A DNA stretch of 64,000 nt from a bacterium (GTDB lineage: Bacteria > Zhuqueibacterota > Zhuqueibacteria > Residuimicrobiales > Krinioviventaceae). Under the pieces are notes generated by a model. That model was given only the letters and a program-made list of their open reading frames with translations, did no database searches and was not told the DNA's origin. The position numbers were made by a program, and so were the translations under genes. Of this stretch, positions 9,750 through 20,105 are shown piece after piece. How positions within the stretch are numbered: position 1 is the stretch's first letter; every line of letters begins with the position of its first letter. The DNA lies in the NCBI GenBank assembly GCA_963674595.2, contig CAXXFV010000008.1:96001-160000 (forward strand), given 5' to 3'.

Positions 9750-10451
9750 TTGAAGAGGCAAAAAATCTATGAGGGGCGCACCAAGAGAGTGTATAATGGT
9801 GATAATGAAAATGAGCTGCTTCTCGAATTTAAAGACACAGTAGATGAATTAGCAAGTTCTGGTAAAAAGGTTAAACTAAACGGAAAGGGAGGTATTAATT
9901 CCCAAATATCTTCACTTCTTTTTCGCTTTTTGTCAAGTTACAATATTCCAAATCATTTTATTGATCAGGCTGCTGCTCGTGAAATACGCGTTAAAAAACT
10001 GGAAATGATACCTCTGGAAATCGTTGTCCGTAACATTGCTGCCGGCAGTTTGGTTAAGCGATACAAAATAGAAGAAGGTAAAGTGCTGGAATGTCCGGTT
10101 ATCGAATTCTATCTTAAAAGTGAAGAAGATACACCTTTAATTAATGAAGACCACATTGTAGCTTTTGGACATGCCTTGACGGATGAATTAAAAGAAATTC
10201 ATCGGTTAATTTCGAAAACAAATGTCATTCTCAAAGATTTTTTTAGAAGACGTTCAATAAGTCTTGTTGATTTTAATTTAGAGTTTGGTAGACGTGAAGG
10301 TGAAATTACGCTTGGTGACGAAATTAGTTTGGATACCTGTCGATTATGGGATTTACAGACAGATGTTAAGATGTCAAAGGGTCAGCCAATACAAACTCTG
10401 GAAGAACTTGAAGAAAACTATAAAATAATTAAAGATCGAATTTTAACTTAG
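9750..10451 (+). CDS. purC: SAICAR synthetase (PurC) family protein with degenerate active-site motifs
   Basis: YEGRTK, MIPLEIVVRNIAAGS, LVDFNLEFG, DEISLDTCRLWD; located after purB; AGGAG RBS before TTG. Confidence 0.8.
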   Translation: MKRQKIYEGRTKRVYNGDNENELLLEFKDTVDELASSGKKVKLNGKGGINSQISSLLFRFLSSYNIPNHFIDQAAAREIRVKKLEMIPLEIVVRNIAAGSLVKRYKIEEGKVLECPVIEFYLKSEEDTPLINEDHIVAFGHALTDELKEIHRLISKTNVILKDFFRRRSISLVDFNLEFGRREGEITLGDEISLDTCRLWDLQTDVKMSKGQPIQTLEELEENYKIIKDRILT

Positions 10452-10464
10452 CAGGGTTTATAAA

Positions 10465-11124
10465 TTGAGTAAAGAAGGTATTCCAACTATAATAATAGTT
10501 CTATGTTTTGCAGCCATTCTTGTTGGTTTTGGGAACAGTTACGAGAATAGTGTCGTAATAATATTTGGCGGGTTATTTTTAGCTTTCGGTTTGTTTTCGG
10601 TATATTTTTTTCGGGACCCAAAACGAACAGCTCCAGATGATCCAAATTGTATCGTTTCACCCGCTGATGGTCGTGTTCTTGATGTCACAGAAGTAGACGA
10701 ACCGTTATTTATAAATGGAAAAGCCATGCGTGTGGCTATATTTATGTCAGTATTTGATGTTCATGTCAATTATACACCTTTTCAGGGAACAGTTGAATAT
10801 ATCAAATACAATCGTGGAAAATTTTTACCTGCAAATTTACCTGAGGCTTCAATAAAAAATGTCAGTACTTTAGTTGGACTGGAAACGCCTTATGGAAAAC
10901 TTGCGTTTAAACAGTCAACAGGTTTGATAGCTCGTAGAATCGTGTGCCGGTTAATGCCGGGACAAATGGTAAAAACTGGGGAAAAGTTTGGAATTATTAA
11001 ATTTGGCTCAAGGATGGAAGTTTATCTTGAAGACTGGGCAACAATTACTGTAAAAAAAGGAGACCGATTGCACGCCGGGGAAAGCGTCATCGCAAAAATT
11101 AATGAAAAAGAAACAATATCTTAA
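10465..11124 (+). CDS. psd: Phosphatidylserine decarboxylase proenzyme (short type)
   Basis: FFRDPKR, SPADG, IFMSVFDVHVN, self-cleavage site KFGSR. Confidence 0.93.
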   Translation: MSKEGIPTIIIVLCFAAILVGFGNSYENSVVIIFGGLFLAFGLFSVYFFRDPKRTAPDDPNCIVSPADGRVLDVTEVDEPLFINGKAMRVAIFMSVFDVHVNYTPFQGTVEYIKYNRGKFLPANLPEASIKNVSTLVGLETPYGKLAFKQSTGLIARRIVCRLMPGQMVKTGEKFGIIKFGSRMEVYLEDWATITVKKGDRLHAGESVIAKINEKETIS

Positions 11125-11863
11125 TGTGCCTAACCTGTTTACGTCGTTAAATTTGTTTTGCGGGTTTATGGCGGTTATTTTGGCTACATCCGGAAAGTTT
11201 TCCAATGCAGCCTGGTTTATATTTATTTCTGCAATATTTGATGGGCTTGATGGGCGTATAGCACGTGCTTCCGGTTTAAGCAGTGATTTCGGCCTGCAAA
11301 TGGATTCTCTTAGTGATGTTGTAGCTGCGGGTATTGCCCCGTCAATGCTCGTTTATGAAGTGCACTTTAAAACAATGGGGCATGTTGGGATTTTATTGTC
11401 CTTTTTGCCGTTATTGTTTGCTGCATTCAGACTTGCCCGCTTTAATTTGGACACACTAAGATCAGGAAAAAGTAATGATTTTAACGGTATGCCGGCACCA
11501 ATGGCGGCGGTTACTCTTGGCAGTGTGGTCATAATTTTTAGTGCGACAAACTGGAGTTTTTTACTACGCTTATTGGTCGTTCTTGTTCCTCTTGTAAGTT
11601 TACTTATGGCAAGTACTGTACGATACGATGGAATGCCCAGATTTTCTTTAAAAGTTCCCGGCAGTAACAGAATAAAACTTTTAGCCATGTTTGTTACTAT
11701 TGTTTTAATGCCGATCTTTCCAGAGTATATATTATTTATTTTTATGATGGTATATCTTATTTCCGGGCCTGCTAATTTTGTTATCGACCTTGTAAGAAAC
11801 AGAGAAGCTGATATTGATATAATCCCGGAGACTATGGAAGAACCCTATTCTGAAAATGAATAG
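11102..11863 (+). CDS. pssA: CDP-diacylglycerol--serine O-phosphatidyltransferase
   Basis: PNLFTSLNLFCG, DGLDGRIAR...FGLQMDSLSD, RLARFN; overlaps psd. Confidence 0.92.
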   Translation: MKKKQYLNVPNLFTSLNLFCGFMAVILATSGKFSNAAWFIFISAIFDGLDGRIARASGLSSDFGLQMDSLSDVVAAGIAPSMLVYEVHFKTMGHVGILLSFLPLLFAAFRLARFNLDTLRSGKSNDFNGMPAPMAAVTLGSVVIIFSATNWSFLLRLLVVLVPLVSLLMASTVRYDGMPRFSLKVPGSNRIKLLAMFVTIVLMPIFPEYILFIFMMVYLISGPANFVIDLVRNREADIDIIPETMEEPYSENE

Positions 11864-11895
11864 CTAGCGGTTTATTTTTTAAGGATGCATTTTTA

Positions 11896-12162
11896 ATGAG
11901 GTTAAAAATTTCATTTGCCTGGCTTGTAACCATTATTATTATAGGTGCTGTTATAGGTTCTGTGCTGGGACAAGTATTGGGTTTGGTGCTGCCGGCAGGT
12001 GTTGTAAAACAGTTTTTTTTAAGGTCTGTCGGTTTTGGTTTTAGCCCGGTTACCCTGGACCTTGCATTAATATCCTTTACGATCGGCCTGTCTCTTAAAA
12101 TTAATGTCATCGGCGTAATCGGCATATTCCTGGCCACTTATATTTTCAGATGGTATCGATAA
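11896..12162 (+). CDS. Small membrane protein, DUF4321-like
   Basis: GAVIGSVLGQ...PVTLDLALISFTIGLSLKINVIGVIG pattern; hydrophobic. Confidence 0.65.
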   Translation: MRLKISFAWLVTIIIIGAVIGSVLGQVLGLVLPAGVVKQFFLRSVGFGFSPVTLDLALISFTIGLSLKINVIGVIGIFLATYIFRWYR

Positions 12163-12208
12163 ATATTCAGTATTTAAAAGTCTGTACTTTTTATTATAAA
12201 CATAGTTC

Positions 12209-12237
12209 TTGCAATTAATACAATTCTGCAATATATT
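12209..12237 (+). promoter_or_regulatory. Putative sigma-70 promoter for tatA-tatA-gatAB
   Basis: TTGCAA (12209-12214), 17-nt spacer, TATATT (12232-12237). Confidence 0.45.
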
Positions 12238-12295
12238 TATCGGTTAAAAATAAATTGATAATTGTCCACAATTTTTTTATGTGGAGGAGGTTTAT

Positions 12296-12457
12296 ATGTT
12301 TCCTGCAATTGGAATGCCGGAAATGTTGGTTATTATGGTTGTCATTTTACTCGTGTTTGGATCCAAACGTTTACCGGACCTTGCAAAAGGGTTGGGAAAG
12401 AGTTTACGCGAATTTAAAAAAGCAGCAGAAGATGTTAAAAAAGAAATAGATATCTGA
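12296..12457 (+). CDS. tatA: Twin-arginine translocase TatA/E subunit (53 aa, not in the ORF track)
   Basis: GGAGGAGG RBS, then MFPAIGMPEMLVIMVVILLVFGSKRLPDLAKGLGKSLREFKKAAEDVKKEIDI. Confidence 0.92.
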   Translation: MFPAIGMPEMLVIMVVILLVFGSKRLPDLAKGLGKSLREFKKAAEDVKKEIDI

Positions 12458-12499
12458 GATGATTTCTAATTATATGTAACTGTGTTATTGGAGGCTATC

Positions 12500-12694
12500 A
12501 TGTTAATGATGTTTACACCCAGCGGCCCAGAGCTTTTAATTGTTTTATTTATTATTGTTTTATTATTTGGTGCTAAAAAATTGCCTGAACTGGCCAAAGG
12601 GTTGGGAAAAGGAATTCGTGAATTTAAAAAAGCGACGAATGAAGACGACGATGAAGTAAATACAAAAAACACATCATCCAAATCTGAAGAGTAA
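12500..12694 (+). CDS. tatA: Twin-arginine translocase TatA/E subunit
   Basis: GGAGG RBS; [37 protein letters not shown]. Confidence 0.93.
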   Translation: MLMMFTPSGPELLIVLFIIVLLFGAKKLPELAKGLGKGIREFKKATNEDDDEVNTKNTSSKSEE

Positions 12695-12731
12695 TCAGTA
12701 TCAGTTCATTTTTTATTTCACGAGGATTATA

Positions 12732-14168
12732 TTGAGTTTGACTAAAACAGACTATTTTTCGTTACAGCCGCAAATTATTAATGGTAATACAAGTTGTGAA
12801 AGTATTACACAAGAATATTTAAAGAACGTCTCTCAAAACCAGGATTTGAACGCCTTTATATCTGTTTTTAATGAAAGCGCACTTGAACGCGCCAGGGAAA
12901 TAGACCAGAAAATTGCTGCCGGCAAAGCCGGGCGTCTTGCCGGACTTGTTTTAGCGGTTAAAGATTTATTGAATGTTGAAGGTGAAAAAACAACCTGCGG
13001 TTCTAAAATATTATCGTCTTTTATCTCACCATATTCAGCCACTGCTATTGAAAAATTAAAAGCCGAGGATGTTATATTTATCGGCAAAACGAATATGGAT
13101 GAATTTGCAATGGGCTCTTCTAATGAAAATTCCGGCTTTGGGCCTGTAAAAAATCCATGCGATACAAGCCGGGTCCCCGGCGGATCTTCCGGCGGATCGG
13201 CTGCTGCTGTTGCCGGAAATTTGTGCATGGCATCGCTTGGAACGGATACCGGCGGTTCAATTCGACAGCCGGCTTCATTTTGTGGTGTTATAGGTCTTAA
13301 ACCGACCTACGGACGTATTTCACGTTACGGTTTGGTTGCTTATGCTTCTTCTCTCGATCAGATCGGACCGATAACAAAATCTTTAAAAGATTCGGCCTTG
13401 TTGTTACAGACTATGGCAGGACATGATCCTCATGATAGCACGTCAGCACCGGTACCGGTTGATAACTATGCTGAATTTTTAGGAAGAGATGTTGCCGGAT
13501 TAAAAATCGGGTTACCAAAAGAATACTATGCACAAGGGCTTGCCCCCAGTGTCAATTCTGCAATTCAGACCCAATTAGACGTATTGAAAAAAGCTGGTGC
13601 AGAAATTATTAATATTTCTCTTCCTCATACGGAATATGCAATCGCTGCTTATTATATTATTGCTACAGCAGAAGCTTCTTCAAACCTGGCCCGATATGAC
13701 GGGGCACGCTATGGCGTAAGAAGTGAAAATTCTGCCGGCCTGGAAGAAATGTATGTTAACAGCCGAAGTGAGGGATTTGGAGCGGAAGTTAAAAGACGAA
13801 TTATGCTTGGAACCTATGTGCTGTCTTCAGGTTATTATGATGCTTATTACAAAAAAGCACAACAAGCCCGAACTTTGATAAAAAATGACTTTCAAAATGC
13901 TTTGAATACTGTTGATTGTATAATTACACCAACAGCACCAACCACAGCATTTTCTATCGGCGAAAAAAGTGACGATCCTTTAACGATGTATCTTTCGGAT
14001 ATTTATACGGTTTCTTTAAACCTTGCCGGTTTGCCGGGAATATCGATCCCTGTAGGTAAGGATGCTGATAATTTACCCATTGGTATGCAGTTAATTGGAA
14101 ATCACTTTGCGGAAGGGACGTTATATCAAATTGCAGATGTTGTCCTGAATAATAGTAAGGAATTATAA
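12732..14168 (+). CDS. gatA: Asp/Glu-tRNA amidotransferase subunit A
   Basis: [55 protein letters not shown]. Confidence 0.97.
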   Translation: MSLTKTDYFSLQPQIINGNTSCESITQEYLKNVSQNQDLNAFISVFNESALERAREIDQKIAAGKAGRLAGLVLAVKDLLNVEGEKTTCGSKILSSFISPYSATAIEKLKAEDVIFIGKTNMDEFAMGSSNENSGFGPVKNPCDTSRVPGGSSGGSAAAVAGNLCMASLGTDTGGSIRQPASFCGVIGLKPTYGRISRYGLVAYASSLDQIGPITKSLKDSALLLQTMAGHDPHDSTSAPVPVDNYAEFLGRDVAGLKIGLPKEYYAQGLAPSVNSAIQTQLDVLKKAGAEIINISLPHTEYAIAAYYIIATAEASSNLARYDGARYGVRSENSAGLEEMYVNSRSEGFGAEVKRRIMLGTYVLSSGYYDAYYKKAQQARTLIKNDFQNALNTVDCIITPTAPTTAFSIGEKSDDPLTMYLSDIYTVSLNLAGLPGISIPVGKDADNLPIGMQLIGNHFAEGTLYQIADVVLNNSKEL

Positions 14169-14174
14169 TTTAAA

Positions 14175-15623
14175 ATGAGTGAAAAATACGAACCGGTTAT
14201 AGGTCTTGAAGTACATATTCAGCTTTTAACAAAATCCAAAATTTTTTGTAATTGCAGTGCAGCCTTTGGTGCGGATCAAAACAGTCAGGTTTGCCCTGTG
14301 TGTTTGGGTTTACCAGGCGTTTTGCCTGTTTTAAATGAAAAGGTTGTAGAGTTTGCTACGCGATTGGCGTTGGCAACCAACAGTCGTATAAACAAACGTT
14401 CCATCTTTGCACGGAAAAATTATTTTTATCCGGATTTGCCCAAAGGCTACCAGATTTCGCAATTTGAAGAACCCTTTTGTGAACATGGCTTTGTAAAAAT
14501 AAACGTGGGTGATGAAACACGTAAAATTGGGCTTACACGAATCCATCTTGAAGAAGATGCCGGCAAGTCCATGCATTCGGAATCTTATGTTGCCAAAAAT
14601 GAAACATTGGTTGATATTAATCGTTGTGGTGTTCCTTTGCTGGAAATTGTAAGTGAACCTGAAATAAAAACTCCGGCAGAAGCTTATGCTTATTTGAACA
14701 GTTTACGGCAAATTGTCAGATACTTGGGAATTTGTGACGGCAATATGGAAGAAGGAAGTTTACGTTGTGACGCCAATATTTCCGTACGCCCGGTTGGTGC
14801 AACAACGCTGGGTACCAAAACTGAATTGAAAAACATGAATTCGTTTAGTGCTGTTGAAAAAGCACTCGAATATGAAATAAATCGACAGACGCAAATTGTT
14901 GAAAATGGCGGGAAAATTTTACAGGAAACATTGTTATGGGATGCAGATAACAATGTGGCTGAATCGATGCGAAGTAAAGAGTTTTCTCATGATTATCGCT
15001 ATTTCCCCGATCCTGATCTCGTGCCTGTAGTCATTAAGCAGGAATATATTGAGAACATACAAGCCCAAATGCCGGAGCTTCCGGCTGCAAAAAAACAACG
15101 TTATGTTGAGGAAATGAACATACCGGATTATGATGCCGGTGTTTTGACTGATGATCCCGAATTGGCCCAATATTTTGAAAATGTTGCTCAGCATGTTAAT
15201 GATAAAAAGTCTGCCAGCAACTGGGTGATGGGTGAGGTGTTACGCACCCTGAAAGAAGAGCAGTGCACAATAAGTGAAATGAATGTTACTCCCGAATATC
15301 TGGCGGAAATATTAACATCTGTGGATGAAGGTGTTATTACACGGAAAATGGGGCAAAAGGTTTTTAACCTTGTTCAGGAAACCGGTAAAACACCAAAAGT
15401 AATTATTAAAGAACAGGGGTTGGAACAAATTTCAGATACGTCTGAAATAGAATCAATTATTGAAAATATTCTCAATCAAAATGTTAAAGATGTTCAGGCT
15501 TATCAGGCCGGTAATAACAAAGTGTTTGGATTTTTTATGGGACAAGTTATGCGGGCTACCGGCGGCAAGGCTAATCCCAAAACAATTACAGAAATTTTAA
15601 AGAAAAAATTGGAATCAAAGTAA
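14175..15623 (+). CDS. gatB: Asp/Glu-tRNA amidotransferase subunit B
   Basis: VIGLEVH, RKNYFYPDLPKGYQISQ, HLEEDAGK, SLRCDANIS, DYRYFPDPDL. Confidence 0.97.
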   Translation: MSEKYEPVIGLEVHIQLLTKSKIFCNCSAAFGADQNSQVCPVCLGLPGVLPVLNEKVVEFATRLALATNSRINKRSIFARKNYFYPDLPKGYQISQFEEPFCEHGFVKINVGDETRKIGLTRIHLEEDAGKSMHSESYVAKNETLVDINRCGVPLLEIVSEPEIKTPAEAYAYLNSLRQIVRYLGICDGNMEEGSLRCDANISVRPVGATTLGTKTELKNMNSFSAVEKALEYEINRQTQIVENGGKILQETLLWDADNNVAESMRSKEFSHDYRYFPDPDLVPVVIKQEYIENIQAQMPELPAAKKQRYVEEMNIPDYDAGVLTDDPELAQYFENVAQHVNDKKSASNWVMGEVLRTLKEEQCTISEMNVTPEYLAEILTSVDEGVITRKMGQKVFNLVQETGKTPKVIIKEQGLEQISDTSEIESIIENILNQNVKDVQAYQAGNNKVFGFFMGQVMRATGGKANPKTITEILKKKLESK

Positions 15624-15641
15624 AAAATAGAGGAAAAATAT

Positions 15642-16205
15642 ATGGCTTCAACATCCGATTTTCGGACAGGACTGATATTAATTATTGATAATGACCTTTT
15701 TTCAATTGTTGAATTTCAACATGTAAAAATGGGACGGGGCGGCGCTTTTGTTCGTACCAAATTGAAAAATGTAAAAACCGGGCGAGTGGTTGAAAAGACA
15801 TTTCGTGGTGGCGAAAAAGTCCAGGACGCACGTGTGGAACGTCGTCCGATGCAATTTCTTTATAAAGAAGGTGAATATTTTGTTTTAATGGATAGTGAAT
15901 CCTATGAACAAATGTCAATTCCTCAGGATTTGATACAATCCGGTTCCGAATTTTTAAAAGAGAGCGAAATAGTTGGTGTGCTCATGCATGGTGATACACC
16001 TATTGGTGTTGAAATGCCGAATTTTGTTAATTTACAAATTACTTCAACCGAACCAGGGTTAAAGGGTGATACGGTTTCCGGTTCTACAAAACCTGCTGTA
16101 TTGGAAACCGGTGGTGTTGTCCAGGTCCCACTTTTCATCGAAGAAGGAGAGATTATTCGTGTTGACACAAGGACTTCTACATATATAGAACGTGTCAAAG
16201 AATAA
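15642..16205 (+). CDS. efp: Elongation factor P (Arg32 type)
   Basis: EFQHVKMGRGGAFVRTKLKN, TEPGLKGDT, KPAVLETG, VPLFIEEGE. Confidence 0.95.
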   Translation: MASTSDFRTGLILIIDNDLFSIVEFQHVKMGRGGAFVRTKLKNVKTGRVVEKTFRGGEKVQDARVERRPMQFLYKEGEYFVLMDSESYEQMSIPQDLIQSGSEFLKESEIVGVLMHGDTPIGVEMPNFVNLQITSTEPGLKGDTVSGSTKPAVLETGGVVQVPLFIEEGEIIRVDTRTSTYIERVKE

Positions 16206-16262
16206 GTGATTGGATTTTTCTAAACCAACAGCCCTTTATTTATGAACTGATAAGGAGAAAGT

Positions 16263-16733
16263 ATGCGGGCAAAAAAAATTCAGGAACTCGTTAAAATTGT
16301 CGAAGAAAGTAATATCGGCGAATTGGAAATTACAAAATGGTGGGGACGTAAAATCAGGATCAGTAAAAGTTCATCGCCATCTCATGCTTCTTCACATATT
16401 ATGGTGCAAGCTCCACACGCGACTGAACAACAGGCTCAAAAACCCGCAGAGGTTGCTCCTGTTGCCAAACCAGAAGAAGCACCAAAAAATAATTATGTTG
16501 AGATAAAATCACCAATGGTCGGCACATTTTACCGAGCCCCTGCTCCGGATGCAGAACCTTATGTAAAAGAAGGTGACAAGATTTCTCCCGGAAAAGTAAT
16601 GTGTATTATTGAAGCTATGAAACTGATGAATGAAATTGAAGCTGAAGTGAACGGCAAGATTGTTAAAATCGTTGCTGAAAATGCACAACCGGTAGAATTT
16701 AATCAAACACTTTTCTTGGTCGAACCTGCATAA
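16263..16733 (+). CDS. accB: Acetyl-CoA carboxylase biotin carboxyl carrier protein
   Basis: SPMVGTFY and the biotinylation motif EAMKLMNEI. Confidence 0.95.
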   Translation: MRAKKIQELVKIVEESNIGELEITKWWGRKIRISKSSSPSHASSHIMVQAPHATEQQAQKPAEVAPVAKPEEAPKNNYVEIKSPMVGTFYRAPAPDAEPYVKEGDKISPGKVMCIIEAMKLMNEIEAEVNGKIVKIVAENAQPVEFNQTLFLVEPA

Positions 16734-16753
16734 AAAGGACTGATTTAATATAT

Positions 16754-18112
16754 ATGAAATTATTTAAAAAGATATTGATTGCCAATCGAGGTGAAATCGC
16801 TTTAAGAATAATTCGTGCCTGTAAAGAACTTGATATTGAAACAGTTGCCGTCTATAGTGAACCGGATGCTGACAGTTTACATGTGCGTTTTGCCGACGAA
16901 GCTGTTTGTATTGGTCCGGGACCCAGTCATCAAAGTTATTTGAATATTCCGCATTTGATAAGCGCTGCTGAAATTACAAATGCCGACGCTATCCATCCCG
17001 GCTATGGTTTTTTAGCTGAAAGCGCTCATTTTGCTGAAATATGTCATTCTTGTCATATACACTTTATCGGCCCCTCTGCCGAAGTCATTACACGTATGGG
17101 TGATAAAGCTTATGCCAAAGATACAATGAAAAAAGCCGGTGTTCCGGTTATTCCCGGTTCCGAGGGCATTCTTAAAGATGCAGAGCAGGCTGTTTTGTTG
17201 GCCGAAGAAATAGGATATCCCGTTATTATTAAGGCCTCTGCCGGTGGCGGCGGAAGAGGAATGCGGGTTGTGCGCAGCAAGGAGAATATGGAAAATGCTT
17301 TTAAAACAGCCAGTGCAGAATCTCAGGCTGCCTTTAATAATCCGGCTCTTTATATGGAAAAGTTCTTTGAAAGTCCGCGCCATATTGAACTTCAGCTCCT
17401 TGGTGATGATCATGGGAATGTTGTTTCTTTGGGAGAAAGAGAATGTTCAATCCAGAGGAAACATCAAAAATTAATCGAAGAATCGCCATCACCGGTGATA
17501 ACCGACAAGATTCGTGAAGAAATGAATGCTGTTGCCGTAAAAGGCGCTAAGCAAGTAAATTATAACAGTGCCGGTACCATCGAGTTTTTATTTGATAAGG
17601 GACAATTTTATTTTATGGAAATGAATACCCGAATTCAGGTAGAACACCCGGTGACAGAATCTGTTATTGGAATTGATCTGATCAAGGAACAGATACTTGT
17701 TGCTTGTGGTCATAAAATTTCTGAAAAAATTAAAGATTTTAAGTTACGCGGTCATTCTATCGAGTGCCGTATTAACGCAGAAGATCCGTTTAAGGATTTT
17801 CGTCCGTCACCCGGGAAAATTGTAAATTTTCATACTCCGGGCGGCCTGGGAGTACGTGTTGACACCCATGCGTATGACCAATACCAAATACCGCCGTACT
17901 ATGACTCTCTCATTGCTAAATTGATTACACATGGAAGAGATCGGGAAGAAGCAATTCGGAGAATGTTAAGATCATTGGATGAATTTGTTATCGAAGGTAT
18001 TGCTACAACAATTCCTTTGCATAAAAAGATTTTAAACCATGAAAAATTTAGAAGCGGTGATTTTAATACCAAATTTTTAGAAGATTTTGACTTTTCAAAA
18101 ATGGGAGAATAA
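16754..18112 (+). CDS. accC: Acetyl-CoA carboxylase biotin carboxylase subunit
   Basis: [45 protein letters not shown]. Confidence 0.96.
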   Translation: MKLFKKILIANRGEIALRIIRACKELDIETVAVYSEPDADSLHVRFADEAVCIGPGPSHQSYLNIPHLISAAEITNADAIHPGYGFLAESAHFAEICHSCHIHFIGPSAEVITRMGDKAYAKDTMKKAGVPVIPGSEGILKDAEQAVLLAEEIGYPVIIKASAGGGGRGMRVVRSKENMENAFKTASAESQAAFNNPALYMEKFFESPRHIELQLLGDDHGNVVSLGERECSIQRKHQKLIEESPSPVITDKIREEMNAVAVKGAKQVNYNSAGTIEFLFDKGQFYFMEMNTRIQVEHPVTESVIGIDLIKEQILVACGHKISEKIKDFKLRGHSIECRINAEDPFKDFRPSPGKIVNFHTPGGLGVRVDTHAYDQYQIPPYYDSLIAKLITHGRDREEAIRRMLRSLDEFVIEGIATTIPLHKKILNHEKFRSGDFNTKFLEDFDFSKMGE

Positions 18113-18114
18113 TT

Positions 18115-18492
18115 ATGCAAATTCCAGCCAATCTAAAGTATACAAAAGAACACGAATGGATTTCAGTTGAAGATGAAATTGCCACAGTCGGCATAACCGA
18201 TTATGCCCAGGGAGAACTGGGTGATTTGGTTTTTGTTGAATTACCGGAAACCGGTTCAACTGTTACCCAAATGGAAGCCTTTGGAACCATTGAAGCTGTT
18301 AAAGCTGTTTCTGATCTTTTTGCTCCTGTTTCCGGCGAGGTCGTGGAAGTTAATGAACAACTAAACGATACACCGGAAATTGTTAACAAAGACCCTTATG
18401 GTGAGGGTTGGATGATCAAGATAAAACTTGATAATCCGGATGAACTTGCAGAACTTTTGGATTCTGAAAGTTATAAAAAATTAATTTCCTAG
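18115..18492 (+). CDS. gcvH: Glycine cleavage system H protein
   Basis: YTKEHEW, GITDYAQGELGD, lipoyl motif EAVKAVSD, DPYGEGW. Confidence 0.96.
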   Translation: MQIPANLKYTKEHEWISVEDEIATVGITDYAQGELGDLVFVELPETGSTVTQMEAFGTIEAVKAVSDLFAPVSGEVVEVNEQLNDTPEIVNKDPYGEGWMIKIKLDNPDELAELLDSESYKKLIS

Positions 18493-18508
18493 AGTTGGAG
18501 ACATAATA

Positions 18509-19852
18509 ATGACCTTTGTCCCACATACCGAAGCAGATAAAAACAAAATGCTTCAAAAAATCGGTGTAGAAAAGTTCGAAGACCTGTTGGAAAATATTTC
18601 TTCTGAATTATTGTACAATGGAGAATTGAACCTGCCGCCGGCAATGTCTGAAATGGAAGTGATGTCACATCTGAGAGAACTCGCTGCTGAAAATCAAAAT
18701 TGTGCTGATAATATTTGTTTTCTCGGCGGTGGTGCCTATGATCATTTTATTCCAGCGGCTGTAAAGCATATAACATCCAGATCAGAATTTTACACTGCTT
18801 ATACACCTTATCAACCCGAGGTAAGTCAGGGAACCTTACAAGCTATTTATGAATACCAAACAATGATTTGCGAATTGACCGGTATGGACGCTGCCAACGC
18901 CTCCATGTATGATGGTGGGTCTGCTTTAGCTGAAGCCGCCTTATTGGCTTGCGGACATACAAGAAGGCAGGAAATCATTGTTTCTTCTACTGTCCATCCT
19001 AATTACCGGGACATCATCCGAACATATTGTGTCGGTCGTAATATTGTTATTCATGAAATACCATTTGATAATGGTACAACAGATTTGAACAAGCTCAAAG
19101 AGATGGTTTCGGAAAAAACGGCTGCTGTCATCATTCAACACCCCAACTTTTTAGGCTGTCTTGAAGAAATGGATGATATTTCAGAATTAGTGCATCAATA
19201 TGGTGCATTGCTGATTACATCGAACGACCCTATTTCTTTAGCACTGTTAAAAAGTCCGGGAGAGTATAATGCGGATATTGTAACAGCCGAGGGCCAGGGT
19301 TTGGGTAATCCTATGAATTTCGGTGGCCCCTACCTTGGAATTTTTGCTGTAAAAAAGGAATTAATCCGCAAAATGCCCGGCCGTATTGTGGGTCAAACCA
19401 AAGACCTTAATGGCAAACGTGGTTTTGTATTGACGTTGCAAACACGTGAACAGCATATTCGCCGGGACAAAGCAACATCAAATATCTGTACAAATCAGGG
19501 ACTTATGGCCCTGGCAGCTACTGTATATTTGTCCTTAATAGGTAAAAATGGATTGAAACATATTGCTGAAATGTGTTTACAGAAAAGTCATTATTTGGCT
19601 GAAAATATTAACAAAATTGATGGCTTTGGCATAAAATTTGAAAAACCTTTCTTTAAAGAGTTCGTAATACAAACGAGCGACCCGACAGATGACATAATTA
19701 CAAACCTGGAAAAACGTAAAATTTTTGCAGGAATACCTTTGGAAAAGTATTATAAAGGTTTAAAAAACAACTTTCTGTGTGCCGTTACAGAAAAACGCAC
19801 AAAGAAGGAACTTGACTTTTTTATACAATCATTAAAGGAACTTATTAACTAA
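18509..19852 (+). CDS. gcvPA: Glycine dehydrogenase (decarboxylating) subunit 1
   Basis: FLGGGAYDH, EFYTAYTPYQPEVSQG, ANASMYDG, REQHIRRDKATSNICTNQ; 447 aa. Confidence 0.95.
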   Translation: MTFVPHTEADKNKMLQKIGVEKFEDLLENISSELLYNGELNLPPAMSEMEVMSHLRELAAENQNCADNICFLGGGAYDHFIPAAVKHITSRSEFYTAYTPYQPEVSQGTLQAIYEYQTMICELTGMDAANASMYDGGSALAEAALLACGHTRRQEIIVSSTVHPNYRDIIRTYCVGRNIVIHEIPFDNGTTDLNKLKEMVSEKTAAVIIQHPNFLGCLEEMDDISELVHQYGALLITSNDPISLALLKSPGEYNADIVTAEGQGLGNPMNFGGPYLGIFAVKKELIRKMPGRIVGQTKDLNGKRGFVLTLQTREQHIRRDKATSNICTNQGLMALAATVYLSLIGKNGLKHIAEMCLQKSHYLAENINKIDGFGIKFEKPFFKEFVIQTSDPTDDIITNLEKRKIFAGIPLEKYYKGLKNNFLCAVTEKRTKKELDFFIQSLKELIN

Positions 19853-19869
19853 AAAGATAGTTATATTAT

Positions 19870-19902
19870 AGTCCACAATCCAAAGGTTGTGACTCATTTT
19901 TT
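19870..19902 (+). terminator. Weak terminator-like hairpin after gcvPA
   Basis: CACAATC/GGTTGTG stem (one G-U pair) extended by AGT/ACT, followed by CATTTTTT. Confidence 0.4.
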
Positions 19903-19941
19903 AATAGGTGTGTCATTTTTGTCACATGTATGAAAAAGCGC

Positions 19942-19970
19942 TTGATTATTGTAAAATGAATTGGTACTTT
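19942..19970 (+). promoter_or_regulatory. Putative sigma-70 promoter upstream of the porV-like gene
   Basis: TTGATT, 17 nt, then an extended -10 (TG-G-TACTTT); implies a leader of about 250 nt. Confidence 0.35.
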
Positions 19971-20105
19971 AGCAAGGTTTAACAGAAAATATTACACAGG
20001 AGTAAGCTTATAAAAGTTCGTTAAAGATTTAAAGCCGAATAGTACTTTTAACTGGTAATCGTAAAAATTATATTTTGAAATTTCTTTTTTCGAACTTTAT
20101 TAAGG

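Noticed and set aside
12255-12449. 64-aa ORF from the track overlapping the first tatA
   Set aside because: Wrong frame; the RBS-supported frame at 12296 encodes a clear TatA
12455-12469. TGA followed by GAT GAT TTC TAA at the end of the first tatA (possible Sec or stop readthrough)
   Set aside because: It would add only four residues to a variable tail, no SECIS-like hairpin is evident, and TGA is a normal stop in other genes here (ecfT, several kinases)
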